Below, one piece after another: positions 38,401-52,295 of a stretch of DNA of 64,000 nt. Source of the stretch: Hormiphora californensis (lineage: Eukaryota > Animalia > Ctenophora); NCBI GenBank assembly GCA_020137815.1, contig CM035353.1:7998001-8062000 (forward strand). Direction: 5' to 3'. The position numbers and the translations under genes are program-made. The first letter of the stretch is position 1. Every line of letters begins with the position of its first letter. Below the pieces are notes generated by a model. It saw only the letters and a program-made list of their open reading frames with translations, was not told the DNA's origin and ran no database searches.

Positions 38401-39743
38401 ATGCATCTAGCAGGGTCTGAGGGGTGTATAGGACGGTAGAAGGGTTACCCAATGAGCTGTAAGGGCTATCTAGGAAGCTTCGAGGGGCATCTAATGGAGT
38501 GTAATAGGTATCTAGCAGGGTCTGAGGGGTGTTTAGGAGGGTACTAGGGGTATGCAGGAGGCTCTTAGAATCTCAGTGTATCGTATATATGGTCTGCTGA
38601 GTATCTAATAGGCTAATACGGCTATGCGCATATCTAATTATCCAATTATCCAATTAACCAATTGAGATAGGAACTTTTCATGGGTGTCTACCCCCACTAA
38701 TGCGAGGACGCTGCACAGTTTAGTGTCCCTATTTTCATTTCTACTCCTATTCTAAGACGATTTGTATTTGGCAACCATGCGCGGCATGAATTATCCAATT
38801 AACTCAATTATCTCAATTAGTATTGGAGATATCGACTCAGTAATGGTCTCTATCCCCTATAATGTGATGATTCTACACATTTTAGTGTCCTTATTTTTGT
38901 CTCTACTCCATTTCTTAGCCAAGTTAGGGGAATACCCAATTACCGCCAATTAAGGCCAATTATAGAGGTCTTCCCCACCACTTCAGATTTAAAACTTTTT
39001 TTTGGTGAATAAGGACCCTTTAGACTAACTATTATTGAAGGAATTAGCTTGCCCCCCCAAAATTCCTGGTCCTTACCCTAATCACATGTATTATTAACGG
39101 GATACAAGTGTAGGTACATTTATTATTGTCATGGTCATAGTACTGTTTCTCTTTCTCTAACCATAATAATTAGTAATAATACCGGTATATTTAAAAAATT
39201 TGTACGTCATTTGTACGTCATTTGACCGGTGAAATCAAAATACTCACAAGTTTATTCTAAACAAGATAAAATAGACGAGTCTAATTAATTAATTCTCACC
39301 AGGGTAAATATTGTACCGAGGGTCCATGCCGTGTCTGAGACAGTCATACCCCACCCATGGACTCCTTGCATCCTGAAGGGGTCCTGGGTAGCCGTACCCA
39401 ATGGGCGCTCCAAGTGTTTCCGAGGTGGGCGGGGAGGTTCTTAGTCGTTTCACTGAGAGAGAGAGAAAGGGTCAATACAGTACTGCGTTACTATAAACTG
39501 ACTACTCAGAAACATCGGAACAAGGGATCCAATCCCCCTAACCCAAGTTAGATTGTAAAGATGTATGGATTCATTACCCCTGCCTATGTTTATGTAGAGA
39601 TGTCGCCGTGGTTATCACGTACCTGGCCTCTCATAATTAGTTGTTGTATCAGGGGCAAGTTGATCCTCATAATGCTCGTGATACTCAGGTTTAATTAGAC
39701 TACTACACATGACTGGGGTTGTGCTACTGCAACTGCTATCAGC
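35457..39743 (-). CDS. 3' exons of an unidentified protein with S/T/P-rich, transcription-factor-like C-terminus (exons ~39743-39623, 39452-~39300, ~36148-36067, ~35939-35794, ~35556-35457)
   Basis: GT-AG junctions and open frames; IKPE (SUMO-like) and PVKRLR (NLS-like) motifs. Phase across the foldback-containing intron is unresolved and 5' exons were not found. Confidence 0.55.
36197..39093. mobile_element. 2.9-kb foldback element (giant inverted repeat) in an intron
   Basis: Arms ~36197-37460 and ~37720-39093; the outer ~800 bp are nearly identical (the same 63-aa ORF appears on both strands). The inner part is made of degenerate ~21-bp ctagatacccctcagaccct subrepeats. Candidate TSD tta. 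Confidence 0.9.
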
Positions 39744-39878
39744 CTGGGAAGGGATCGGGGGTTAAAGTGAGTCATTTTGCGGAATAATCATCAAACACCG
39801 GACAATGGATAAAGTTGTCAGTTGTAATTTTGAGAGCTTGAAGGGTGAATGTAGTGGTAGGTTTCTTTACATATGATG

Positions 39879-41393
39879 ATGATTGGAGTATGTGGATCTG
39901 CCCTAAAGTGGTTTTCTAGCTATCTTCAGTCGCGGAATTTCAGAGTCAACGTTGGTGGAAAACTTTCGAGGATTATTGAGCTTGTTTGTGGAGTTCCCCA
40001 GGGGTCTCTACTGGGGCCTGTCTTGTTCCTGTTGTATATTGAAGAGCTCCAGGATTTGGTCAAGCCGTATGGTCTTCGGATCAAGTTGTATGCGGATGAC
40101 TCCCAACTTTACATTAGTCTTGTACCTACGGATGAGGATAACTGGAAACTGGCCAAAACGAGGATTGAGGAGTGTTTGTCAAGTGTGAAGGCGTGGATGA
40201 ACGATCACTGGCTTAAATGTAATGAAGCGAAAACTGAGTTCCTGCTTCTTGGAAAGAACAGTGCCCTGGATAAGATGGAATTTGTGCCTACCGTTGATTT
40301 TGGTGGTGTGGAGATTTCTCCGATGGAGTGTACAGGAAAGACAGGAAAAACACTTGGGGTTTACTTGGACACGAATCTATCTATGGAAAGACAGGTAAAC
40401 AGTGTGAAGAGGCAGTGTGGAATGCTCTTGAAGAACCTGTGGCAGGTGAATCGCAGCCTGGATATTCCTACTAAAATCCTCCTGGTCAAGCAACTGATTG
40501 TTTCTCGGCTTGACTATTGCAACATCCTATACGCTGGATTGCCAAAGAAGCTTCTTGAAAGCCTTCAGAGGACATTGAACTCGTGTGTGAGGTTCATCTA
40601 TAACCTTCATGGACATCAAGATGACTATTCTCAGTATCTTAAGGACACCCATATCCTTCCTATGGAGCAGCGTGTGGAATTCAAGGCATGCTTGATGGCG
40701 TTTAAAATTGTTCATAACCTAGCCCCGGATTATCTCTGTGACCAAGTACCAGTTGAGGACTTGGAGGCTGTTCGAACCACCCGTGGAACTGCAACGCCTG
40801 ATCACTACAAGCTTAAGTATCCTAAGCTTTCGAGTATTAACGCCAACTCCAAGTTGAGAAGGAGGAGACCGTCTGTCTTCCTACCTGAAGTGTGGAATGA
40901 GCTCCCCCTGGAGCTTCGATCAGTTGAGTCAGTGGATCTGTTCAAGTCGAGGTTAAAGACAAGATTGTTTGTGGAAGCATTCGGAGCCAGCGGAGGATGA
41001 GGTTCCTTGTTTCGCCTGCTTTCATCAGGTATTTCGCCTAGCTTGTATTTATTTTCTTTTGGTTTTGTTTTACCGCTCATGGTAAGGTTTTTATTGGCAT
41101 TTTATAGCATTTTTTTCGAGTGAAGCACGAGTGGAAATGATATTTACAGACATTTTCTACCATCTAATGTGGACGTTTTTCCATCTATATCAGTCTGTTA
41201 TCTCATCTGGACAGTTATGTGAGCCGAGAGTGTTTAAATCAGTTTAATTCAGTGTTTTGGGTCTACCATTTTTTGATATACGTCTTTAAGTAACCGCTCA
41301 GATCGCCTCTCAGTGTCAGTGTCAGTTCTGCTACACTGGCCCTGTGAGGTAAGGGCGGCATATAAATAGACATATTATTATTATTATTATTAT
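39879..41393 (+). mobile_element. 5'-truncated L2-clade LINE (RT C-terminal half, ORF to 41000)
   Basis: GVPQGSLLGP, YADD and L2-typical SRLDYCN; 3' stem ccgctc..gggcggcatataaat followed by (TAT)n; candidate TSD tatgatg. Confidence 0.92.
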
Positions 41394-42525
41394 TATGATG
41401 GCGATGCTCCTATTTCTAAACCCATCTCAGATAAAGCACAGTAGTCCAAACTGCATCATAGTACCGGTGGTAATGAATGTGGGCTGAGGTGGTACCTATA
41501 ATTTCAAAGAATGGAGTGAGTAGTGTCATTTTCTATCGGTCAAATAATATTATTGGTGACACTGAAAGTGATCAGCACCAAATAAATCACCTATTACACG
41601 AACCATAGTGCAGGTAAAACCTAGTATACGACATGATGACTCAATTGCCTATTTCAATGGATTGTGGAGTAGCAACTCACGACAAGAGAGGCGGATTGCT
41701 GTCGTTTGAGAGCGGTTAATTTTCTCTCATTTGCCATGGTCTGAGCCATACTCTTGTTTCGCATCGGGGGTGGCGGAGAGCACAGTTCATGAAATGTCAA
41801 GGTGCGAATTTAAGAGATCAATGTCAGGAGGTGCAGTACTGTTCCAGAAATTCATCACGGGAAAACTTGGCCACTATGTAGCCGATTCGGAGATTTCTAT
41901 ATTCGACTCCATTCGATTGGAGTAATCACCCTTGGGCGACGTTGGGTAAAGCTACCAGTAGCCGTTGATTGGCTCGCTTGAACACGTTGGCGTAATCTGT
42001 CATATTCTCTAGCCTGCTCCCTGACAGCAGCAGTTCTCCCCGGACCTAGATCATAAACTTTGCCGAATAGCGCTTGGGGTGGAAGAGCTAGACATCAGGA
42101 CAGAAGTAAAGAATGCACGTGCAAAATTGAATTGCCCCTTTGGTACCCAACTGCAACCGGGAGAGAAGTGTCCAGGCCCCTCAATAATTGCATGTGCAAG
42201 TGTAGTTGCTAGGTGACGTGTGTCACACCAATTTGCTTAGTAGTAGTATGATTGTGCATACTCTTATTTAAGTATGCATTTTGTTAAGTATGTTTTTTAT
42301 TTAACACCTGATCCCATCATCAGATTCAAGAAGTCGTATTCAGAGGAATGAGGCATTTTAAATCTTCTTTGGGAGCGCCAACGTGGAAGGTGGAGCTATG
42401 AATCCATTTAAGTCGATGGAGTGGATGCCCTACATAGCTTTTCTATGTATTTTTAAATTTTAAGATCAGAAAGAGTATGATTTTATGTGGTTGAGATAGT
42501 TAAAAAGTTAATGGTAATGTAGATA

Positions 42526-42665
42526 TAGTCGGACCCCGATTTACCGGGATGCCTGGGAAAAGGGTCTTGCAGGGTAAATTGGGGTGCCCGGTATGTCGAG
42601 TCAAAGACTGCAGACTTTCTATTTCGTGGGGAAGTTTATCCTCCCGGTAAATCGGGGTCCGACTC
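42526..42665. mobile_element. Tc1/mariner(pogo)-type MITE, degenerate copy
   Basis: TIR (c)agtcggaccccgattta with TA flanks. Confidence 0.8.
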
Positions 42666-42790
42666 TATTGACTACTGACATGAGTCCATTTTTTCAAATG
42701 TTATCGGTTTCCCTGCCGATTTCGTGCGTGAAATTCTTACATGTGGTGGATGTTATATTTTATGTTTTGTTTTTCATTGTATAATGGATA

Positions 42791-42950
42791 CAGTTAGACC
42801 CTAATTTAATGGCACCCCGGGGGAAGGTTTTGTTCGTTTTCCGCCATACTTTTTGAGGTCGACTGCTCCCCCCCCCTGTTAAATCGGGGACAAATACTAT
42901 TAATTTACATATTGGGGGGATTATTATGCCGTTAAATCGGGGTACAACTG
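42791..42950. mobile_element. Tc1/mariner(pogo)-type MITE, diverged copy
   Basis: ta|cagttagaccctaattta ... taaatcggggtacaactg|ta. Confidence 0.75.
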
Positions 42951-43349
42951 TAATTGTTGTATAATGTATAATATGTACAGTGGTGGATGAAATCCGAGAT
43001 TGATCTGGCTTGATGTTTTTTACATGTATTACTGCTGTGTATGGCGTTGAGGTCAGCACACAATGTAAATTGACGAAGATTTATCTTAAGCCAGACACCC
43101 AACCACTTTTTGAAAACTCTCCTTTCCTATGCTATTCTCACCTTCACATAATATATGTTTGGCGGGATAACGTACATTATGAATGAACATATTGGTTGGG
43201 GTGTGCTGACCTAATAACATGATTATTTTCTTGTTGTCGGGCTTGCGGTAACAAGTAATTGCATTTTCAATCACACATAAAATAAATACTTATAACAACG
43301 ATATTACTGGGTTTCTGTTTAAGGGTGAGGCTACCTCCTCAGTGTCATT

Positions 43350-46300
43350 GAAACAGTTGGGGTGTGAATAAAAATTACCTATCTTTCGTATCTCCCAAAT
43401 TTTAGTGTAAGTGCAATTACTTGGCTACTGAAATTGTTAGGATTTGACTCCTCCCGGCTCCGGTGTATATTTTCTATAATGTGTGTATGTTTAATACAAT
43501 TTGTTAAGAATTTATTGAAATCTCTTTTTTTATGTGTCTGACAGTGGACATCCGACATATTCGCGACGTGAAATTTGACCTGGAATGAGGTGCGCATCCA
43601 GAGATGTGCCGCAGTAAGCAAATGATGTCGCGCTTCAACTCTTCTCTCTCGTTAGTCTTTTGTGTCTCTGTCACTACGAATGCGCGCCTCATTCCAGGTC
43701 GAATTTCACGTCGAGGTATGGCAATTAGAGTCCATTTTTTTTTCAACTGTTCACCCCCCAAAGTCGTGGGCGGAATTGTTTTGCGCGTATCACATGTTAA
43801 CGTGTAGTGCGCGCAGCGTAAATTAAAATATCGCACGAGTGAGGGGTGAACAGTTGAATAAAAATGGACTTTAAAGTCTGATTTTTAATAATGTGAACGG
43901 GGGGCACGCAAAAAACTTTCCCACGCATCGTGGAAAAGTTTTTTTCTCAGTTGTTTCGATCATATCTCTGGCTCCTGATATACTCGAATTTTTTAATCAA
44001 GGGACAGGGGGCCGCGCATTCAGAGGGGTCGCGCGGCTTTGTATTTGCGTGTGATAATCGAGATCAGTTCCTGGCATCTTAAGACTTGAACCCGGAAGCG
44101 TTAGAAAGATAAAGTCGGATTTTTTGAAACTGTCACCCCCCCTGGGTATTTTCAAATTTTGTAAATGGCCATAAATCGGTTCCTGAGAGATAGAGACTTG
44201 AAATTTGGAGTCGAAAGATCTTGCTAAGTTCTTCCGAACCTCCAATTTCAAGTCTCTATCTTATCAGGAACCGGAGATATGGCAAAATTTGTTATTTCGG
44301 GGGGTGACAGTTTCAAAAATCCGACTTTAATTTTAAGACCTTTTCAACGCAACCAAGATCGAGTCTTTATCTTATCAGGAACAGAAGATATGATCGAAAC
44401 GTTTAGCACGCGCAAAAAGACTTTTGTAATGGCGGCCCCTGTCCCTTGATAAAAATTCGACTATATATACTCCTTTTTTTTCATGTTCACCCCCAAAGTC
44501 GTGCGCGGAATTGTTTGCGCGTCTATCACATGTTAACGTGTAGCGCGCGCACGAAAGTTTTAAATTTCACTGAAATTTTCAATTTTGGGAACAGTTGAAA
44601 AAAAATGGACTTGACGTGGCGCATTGACGCAAAATAACAATTTTCGAAAACATGATTTTGCGTCATTGAGCCGGCTTACGTGGCGCATTGACGCAAAATC
44701 AAAATTTTCGAAAAAATGTTTTTTTAAAAACATGTTTTTTTGAAACACGTTTTTTTTATTTTTCATTTTTTATTTTTTTTGATTTTGTGGTCAATGCGCC
44801 GCCATACTGGATAGCGCTGCCACATTAGCTTTTTCTCGCGCGCATTCGTTTATAAATGAAGAATCGGCTCAATTTTTCACTTTTTTTGACCAGTTTTTCA
44901 CTTTTTGGCAAGTTTTCCCATTTTCTCTCTCTCTTAGTCCAAAAAGTGGGTCCTGGACCCATTGGACCAGCCTTGCTGGGTCCTGAATTATTTGTAAGAT
45001 GCTAGTTATTTACTCGTACATACATGTAATTACATACTTCCAATTACTTCAGACCTCGAGAGCTTCGAACGCACCCTAGAAAACACTTTCTACTCCTTCC
45101 AATTGCTCTATAGTCGAATTTTTTAATCAAGGGGCCGCGCATTTACAAAGTCTTTTGCGCGTGCTAAATGTTTTCGCTCATATCTCCTTTCCTGATAAGA
45201 TAAAGACTTGATCTTGGTTGCGTTGAAAAGGTCTTAAAATTATCTTTCCAAACGCTTCCGGGTTCAGCATCTTAGATTGCCAGGCACTTGATCTCGATTG
45301 TCACGCGCAAATACAACGCCGCGCGACTCTCTGAATGCGCGGCCCCCTGTCCCTTGATTAAAAAATTCGACTTTAAATACGTCAAAATATGTTTAAATTA
45401 TCATTTGGGATCATGCAGACCTTTTAATTACATGTAATACCCTTTAATTACATGTAATTACCCTTTAATTACATGTAATTACCTCCAATTACATTCCAAT
45501 TACTTCAGCACCTCGAGAGCTTTCGAACGCACCCTAGAACGCCTTTCTACTCCTTCCAATTGCTCCAAATACGTCAAAATATGTTTAAATTATCATTTGG
45601 GGTCATGCAGACCTTTTAATTACATGTAATTACCCTTTAATTACATGTAATTACATGTAATTACTTCCAGTTACATTCCAATTACTTCAGCACCTCGAGA
45701 GCTTTCGAACGCACCCTAGAACACCTTTCTACTCCTTCTAATTGCCGAGTTCTGTATACCCCTTATTTTGACTGTTTTTCGCGTCCTACCCCTTATAGGT
45801 TTGGGTATGGCCATCGCCACATCCCCTATACGTCGCGGGACCTCGAGACCTTTCCAACGAGCCATAGAACACCTCTCTACTACTTCAGGGGGCTTCAAAA
45901 CTTTCACTCTAAAAATATCTATGGTTTATGGTTATGGTTTACTCGACCAAAACGCGGAGTTTTTACGTCAGCCGACCCGAAACCGGATTAAATTTGGCCA
46001 CCCGCTGGTCTCAGGGCCTCCAAATATGTCAAAATATGTCTGAATTGTCATTTGGGGTCATTTAGACCTTTTAATTACATGTAATTACCCTTTAATTACA
46101 TGTAATTACATTTTAATTACATGTAATTACTTTCAATTACATTCCAATTACTTCAGCACCTCGAGAGCTTTCGAACGCACCCTAGAACACCTTTCTACTC
46201 CTTCCAATTGCCGAGTTCTGTATACCCCTTATTTTGACTGTTTTTCGCGTCCTACCCCTTATAGGTTTGGGTATGGCCATCGCCACACCCCCTATACGTC

Positions 46301-46686
46301 GCGGGATCTCGAGACCTTTCCAACGAGCCATAGAACACCTCTCTACGACTTCAGGGGGCTTCAAAACTTTCACTCTAAAAATATCTATGGTTTATGGTTT
46401 ATGGTTTATGGTTTATGGTTTATGGTTTTTTTTTCATCTGGTATTAAGGGCCTGTCGGCTCGGCCCCGTTGTTTTAGTTTTAGGGGGGATGTTTTAGGGG
46501 GGATGGGTTGAGTTTGGGTTATATTCGGGTCGGGGGGCCTTGCCAGGCCCCGAATGGTTTTTTTTTCATCTGGTATTAAGGGCCTGTCGGCTCGGCCCCG
46601 TTGTTTTAGTTTTAGGGGGGATGTTTTAGGGGGGATGAGTTGAGTTTGGGTTATATTCGGGTCGGGGGGCCTTGCCAGGCCCCGAA
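43350..46686. repeat. Complex repeat cluster: nested direct and inverted modules, 466-bp and ~132-bp tandem duplications; right end resembles a Helentron/DINE-1-like non-autonomous element
   Basis: 43742 repeats at ~44480; 43986-44110 is inverted at 45240-45372; ORFs at 45716 and 46182 are duplicates; (atggttt)n tract; terminal hairpin ggggccttgccaggcccc, also at ~53693. Confidence 0.65.
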
Positions 46687-46867
46687 TAATACCAAATCGA
46701 GCTTCTAATACAAGATTCTATCATAATCGTGTTATAGTAAAGTTACTCTTCTAAAGGAGCGCGGTGTGAGGGGAGCTACTGCGTGTGTCCCGGAAATGTT
46801 TGTCTTTCAGTCTTCCACTCCGCGTGTGGGAGAGAGAGAAAGAGGAAGAGAAAAAGGGAGAGAAAGG

Positions 46868-46909
<42 letters not shown>

Positions 46910-47325
46910 AGTGACAAGTAGGAAGTGCCCATTGGGTACTGCTGAACTGATGGGTGACAACATGCACAGTTGAATCTCAATCAGTAGTTTTCTGAAAGAA
47001 AGACAAGAACTATTATACTGGTGTATAATATGATGTTGTGATTTCCCATCTGACCCTTATTATATGTGGTCCATACTCAGGTCACACCTATTTTCTTGAA
47101 GCCCTTTTTATTTTACTAAGAGAGGGCCGAGCAAAGTCACACAAAGTCTTGTTACTAATATATAATATAAATTATCTATAACTATAAGGGTTATGACTCC
47201 TACATTAGTAATAGTTGTGTGTGTGAGGGTAAATCAAACAAAGGAACGAAGAACTGCGTGTGTGTTTGAATCCCATGATGAGTCTCACCACACCATTTTA
47301 CTGGTATTATACAGTGTGTGTGGTA

Positions 47326-47481
47326 CAGTCGGACCCCGATTTAACGGCCCCCGATTTAACGGCAGCATAATCTTCCCCCGATATAGGAAATTAACAGTAT
47401 TTGACCCCGATTTAGCGGACACCCCGATTTAACGGACAAAACCCTTTCCCCCGAGGGTGCCGTTAAATCGGGGTCCGACTG
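47326..47481. mobile_element. Tc1/mariner(pogo)-type MITE
   Basis: Perfect TIR cagtcggaccccgatttaacgg and TA TSD; not evident in the duplicate copy. Confidence 0.9.
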
Positions 47482-48404
47482 TACCTACTATTGACAGCTA
47501 CTCAAACATTACTGGTACTCTTTCTAAACATGCTAAAGATCCCAGGAAATTTTAAAATTGGTTGAATTATAGCCAAGAAATGGCCAAGTTATGATCTAAT
47601 TTTCAACACATAAATCCCTTTTTATTAGCCGTTGTTACTACTGAGAACGTTGGGCTCTGGTATACATAAAACTATACGAACCATTTATTCTGGAACCTCC
47701 CCAGTCCCCCATGAGGCTATGGCCTGACAGGGGTACTTTTAGGCAGGGCTGGCTCCAGGGGGGTGCACACTGCACACCCCCCCCCCCAAATTCTTGGCAG
47801 CGAAGCTTGAGACCATTTGGATTGGGAAACCACCCCAAAAATACAAAATTTTCAGCAAATTTTTTGACTAATCACAACCGAATTTAAATCACCTAGTGAA
47901 CATCACTGAGTGAGAGAGAGAGCATTATTGCATAATGCATTCATAAATGATTTGATTTGAAAAAGGTAAAATATAAAGATACATTGATACTTCATACAAA
48001 ACCCGACAGACTCTCTATTAAAATAGATGCCCAAGGCATGAGTGCTTACGTCTTAAATTTAGATAAAGTGTAAAAATGTAGTATAAAAATACGTCATGTT
48101 AGCTATATACACACTCGATTAGAAATATATATTGGTTTAATAGTAATAAATTAAGTTAATAGGTTAATAAGTTCCGGAGTAACCCTTCCAAACCCAAACC
48201 CTCCCTACCCCAGTCAGTGTCAACTGTCAATTTGTGTCAATTGGTATTGGCACATCACCGGGCAACAACTTTTAAGTTTCAAACATTTCGAACACAACTC
48301 CAAACCCATCAACAATTTCTATGACCTCAAACTCCTAAAAACAATAAACATATTATACCATTTACAATTGTTGCCAAGTGATCCGCCAATGATAAGGAAA
48401 AAAT

Positions 48405-51400
48405 TCAGACAGAAGGCTGGATACTAGATGCATTCCACAAATGCTTCTTAAGTTCTGAGGAAAATATCACATGGTCACTAATGCTACGAATATCATGCGG
48501 TAGGGAATTCCACTCTATGTGGGTACGGTAGAAAAATGAATCTTTAAAAACATATATTCTAGGGCGCTCATCACACACTACGTAAGTCGCGTCTTTGTTG
48601 ATTTGTTGTCTTGTACGTGGTCGGTCATTGTCAACAGTTGGGTCAAAACGTCTCATGTAAGGGGGGGATTCTATTGGTATAAGCTTGTAAAGTATCTTAT
48701 GGAACATTTTAAGATCATTATATAGGAACTTAGAAGACATGGGTAGGATCTTAAGTTCCTTGAGCCTAGTTACGTACACTTCGTTGCTGTAACTACACTC
48801 CAATTCATTGAATACCCATTTTACGGCCCTTTTTTGCATCTTTTCAAATTTTTCAATACTAGATGCAGAAATGGGCCGCCATACTTCGCTACAGTGTTCA
48901 TATAGTGACCTTACTAAACTAATGAAGAGAGTTTTGCGTTTTCTCTGCGACTGAACTAGGTCAGAACACGTTCTCCTCACTAGACCTAACCTCTGGGAAG
49001 ATTTTGATAGGAGCTTGTTCTGATGGTGGGTTGACGAAAGTTTATTTGTAGTCAGAACACCCAGATCAGTCTCCGTTTGACTAGGACCTATTTGTGTGCT
49101 TCCCAGATGGTATGTTAAATGTACAGGATTTTGTTTTAGGGAACATCTAAGGAGCTTACACTTATCAGGATGAAAGTGTATTTTGTTATTCTCGCTCCAG
49201 ATCAACAATCTATCTATGTCAGGTTGGAGACTATCTCCGCTACTTTTAATGATACGCCAGATTTTCATATCATCTGCATAAAGCCTTATATTTGTGTCCA
49301 TTCCGACTTGATCCACTATATCGTTGATGAAAAGGACAAAGAGGAAGGGACCAAGTATAGAGCCTTGGGGGACTCCACTCCTAACTGAGCTCCAGTTTGA
49401 GAACTTTCCATCCAGTACAACCCTTTGTCGTCGGTCGGAAAGATACTCTTTGATAAATTGGAGCATTCTACCATTAATGTTATAGTCTACTTTAAGCTTT
49501 TTAAGAATCACATCATGAGAGACGCTGTCAAAAGCCTTTTTAAAATCAAAGAACACTATATCAGTCTGCAGACCTTTATTTAGGTTAAGGGCAAGATCAC
49601 AATTGAAGTCTATAAGCTGGGTACTGCAGGACTTAAGGGGAACGAACCCATGTTGAAACGGAGTTATTTTAGGAAGACAAACCCTATAAAGCCTCTCTCG
49701 AACTAACTTTTCTAAAACTTTCATTGTTAGGCAGGTTAAGGATATCGGCCTGTAGTTCTCGATGTTTGCCTTATCCCCTTTTTTATGAATGGGTACCACA
49801 TTGGCATTTTTCCATTCTTGGGGGAATTTACCCTCTCTATAGGATCTATTAAAAATTAGAGTTAAAGGGTATACAATGGATCGACAACACTTTTTTAGTA
49901 AAATACCCGGTATATTATCAGGACCTGTAGCTTTTGAGGGGTCAAGCTTACGTAGTATTTCTAGAACCTCATCGACATGAAACATTTCATCGTTAAAGTC
50001 GTTTTCATGATTACGTGTCACATCGATGTGTTCCTGGTAACTACTAGCTTCAGTAAACTGATCACTGAAAAAGGTGTTAAATATTTCGGCCTTTTCCATG
50101 CTCTCAGTTCGAAACTTCTTCCCGTAGAACACAGTGTCAGGGATTCTAGAACTTGATTTCTGCGATTTCACATGCTTAAAAAACTTTTTGCTGACCTCAG
50201 CTGAGCTATTATTTTCATTTATAAACGGCATGTCATAATAGCTCCGTTCTTTTTCTAGTGACTGGGTTCTATACAAATCTTCTGTCTCGATGTGATACCG
50301 CACCATACTTTCATTATCTGGGTGCTTTATCACATCAGCTCTTGCTCGGTCTAGGTCTTTTTTAAGTGATCTGAGCTCATCATCGTACCATGGTGGCTGT
50401 GAGCCCAGTTTCACTGACACAAGAGGCACATGCTTTCGGAGTGTAATATCAAGTCTTGACTTGAAGATCTGCCAGCATGCTTCAGCTGACATTCGCTCAA
50501 ATCTACTCAACCAGTTCTCCGAAAGTAATTCTTCATCAAGTGCCTCCCAGTTTGCTTTTTTAAACGCAAACTTTTTAGTAGTGGTATACTTTGGTCGGAT
50601 CTTTCTAATAGACAGATGACAATGTATAGTAAAATGATCCGACTTCATGAGCCCACTCTCAACCACGGAAACTTCAGAGAAAAGATTTTCGTTGCTGGTA
50701 AGTAGGAGATCTAGAATGTTTCCATCTTTGTGAGTTGGCTCATTTATCATGGCCTTAAGTCCCAGGGAATTGAATAGGTGAATATAATCTTCATGAATTG
50801 AGCTGTTCGAAACAGGTAGATCCCAATCTTTGATAGTACTGAGATTGAGATCTCCAAAAATAGAGAGATTTTTATACTTCTTCATAAGATTAGTGTAATA
50901 CACTTCTACTCCTTTGAAGAAGTCTAATCCTGAGTAATCGTACCTGTACAGTGTGGAAAGGCAGATTGGTGTTGTATTTTTAGGTTTAAGGAGTATAGAA
51001 ACTATAGGTAGTTCAGTTTTAGTATCAATCTGCTGAACCTCTACTCCTAAATCATTTTTGGCTAGAATCAACACACCACCACCACCACACTTTCCATACT
51101 TCTCCATATCCACTTTCGTTCTGTCTTTTCGGAATATGGAGTAGTACTTATCAGAGACAACTTCCCCATCTTGCACATGTTCATTGAGCCATGTCTCATT
51201 TAACAGTACAATATCGGGAAGGTAGGTACTTAAATATCCCCTCAGTTCCTTAATCTTTGATATTTGGAACTGGGGCTGATCTCCCTTCATTGATTGCATA
51301 TGAATAAGACCATTCACATTGCAATATACTATGTTTATTTTGTTAGGTGTATCACCAGGCCCAGGATTCAGAATATTGGGCTGTGTACGAGCAATAAGGC

Positions 51401-51428
51401 TCCTAGCTAACGAGCATACATAAAACAC
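48405..51428 (-). mobile_element. CR1-clade LINE ORF2 (APE endonuclease + reverse transcriptase), 1007 open codons; 3' UTR to (tcaaa)n near 47950
   Basis: YCNVNGL, LNETWL, GGGV, GDLN, LDL, SDH (APE); KATGPDNI, NYRPISL, QHGF, DFKKAFDSV, GVPQGSILGP, YADD (RT). There is no ATG at the ORF start and no ORF1 upstream. Confidence 0.95.
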
Positions 51429-51478
51429 ACAGTTAATCTAGAAAGTAGACGTCACAAATGATTAAGGGACCAGTTACA

Positions 51479-51670
51479 GATTTGGAACCGGGCGTCAGTT
51501 TCCTGATGGGAGAATTTTTGTGCACTGCTGACAATGAATCCTGCTCAACTCCCCATTCGTTCTAGCTGTAAATTTAGTCGCGCATTGTAAATTATGACGC
51601 GCAGCATGGTTCAATCGGGATTCTACCATCAGGAATCTCCCATCAGGAAACTGACGCCCGGTTCCAAATC
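51479..51670. mobile_element. MITE with ~34-bp TIRs
   Basis: gatttggaaccgggcgtcagtttcctgatgggaga / tctcccatcaggaaactgacgcccggttccaaatc; no clear TSD. Confidence 0.75.
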
Positions 51671-52057
51671 CCTAAAATTTGCTTGAGCTCTTGGGTGGAG
51701 CTCCCTACGTGCCCTTCGGGCGCTCCGGTCGCAAATGCTACTATTAGGGAACACCCCCCCCCCAGAAATATCGGAGCCAGGTATCTGTATTTACCCTGAT
51801 TTTGAGTATAAAGTGGGTCTAAGAGGGACACTTTGACATTGTCATCTGTGCGATACTATGCTGACACGTTTATAGATAATACATGCAATAGAACATACTT
51901 TCTCTCCCTCTCCATCCCTCTCCCTCTCTCTCTCTCTCTCCCCCTCTAACCGCATATTCTGTTTTATGGTGGACAAGAGAGAAATCAAAGTGGTGCAGGG
52001 TAGAGAGGGTATTAGATTCTTAGAACTCGGTCAGTACTGAGAAGGGCACTCGGAGTG

Positions 52058-52135
<78 letters not shown>

Positions 52136-52295
52136 TTCAATGTAAAGGGGGGGGGGGGGGTGAGACGTAACATTTTGTAACTTGTGCAGAACATTTTTTG
52201 TGCACGTTACATGTTACAAAAAATGTTAAAAAATGTAATAAATGTTACAAAAAATGACCAAACAATACTTTCTACTTCTAGCGTCAAATACATTA

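Larger units (their letters stand above)
47744..51779. mobile_element. hAT-type non-autonomous element split by the CR1 insertion
   Basis: Left end cagggctggctcc, right end ggagccag (truncated); poly-C subterminal tracts; absent from the duplicate copy. Confidence 0.5.
46687..52050 (+). repeat. Segment duplicated at ~56487-57670; this copy carries extra TE insertions
   Basis: 46687-47743 and 51780-52050 match 56487-57386 and 57425-57670 colinearly. Confidence 0.85.

Noticed and set aside
36347-38953. Identical 63-aa ORFs on opposite strands as duplicated genes
   Set aside because: By-product of the foldback arms; TTG start and no domain.
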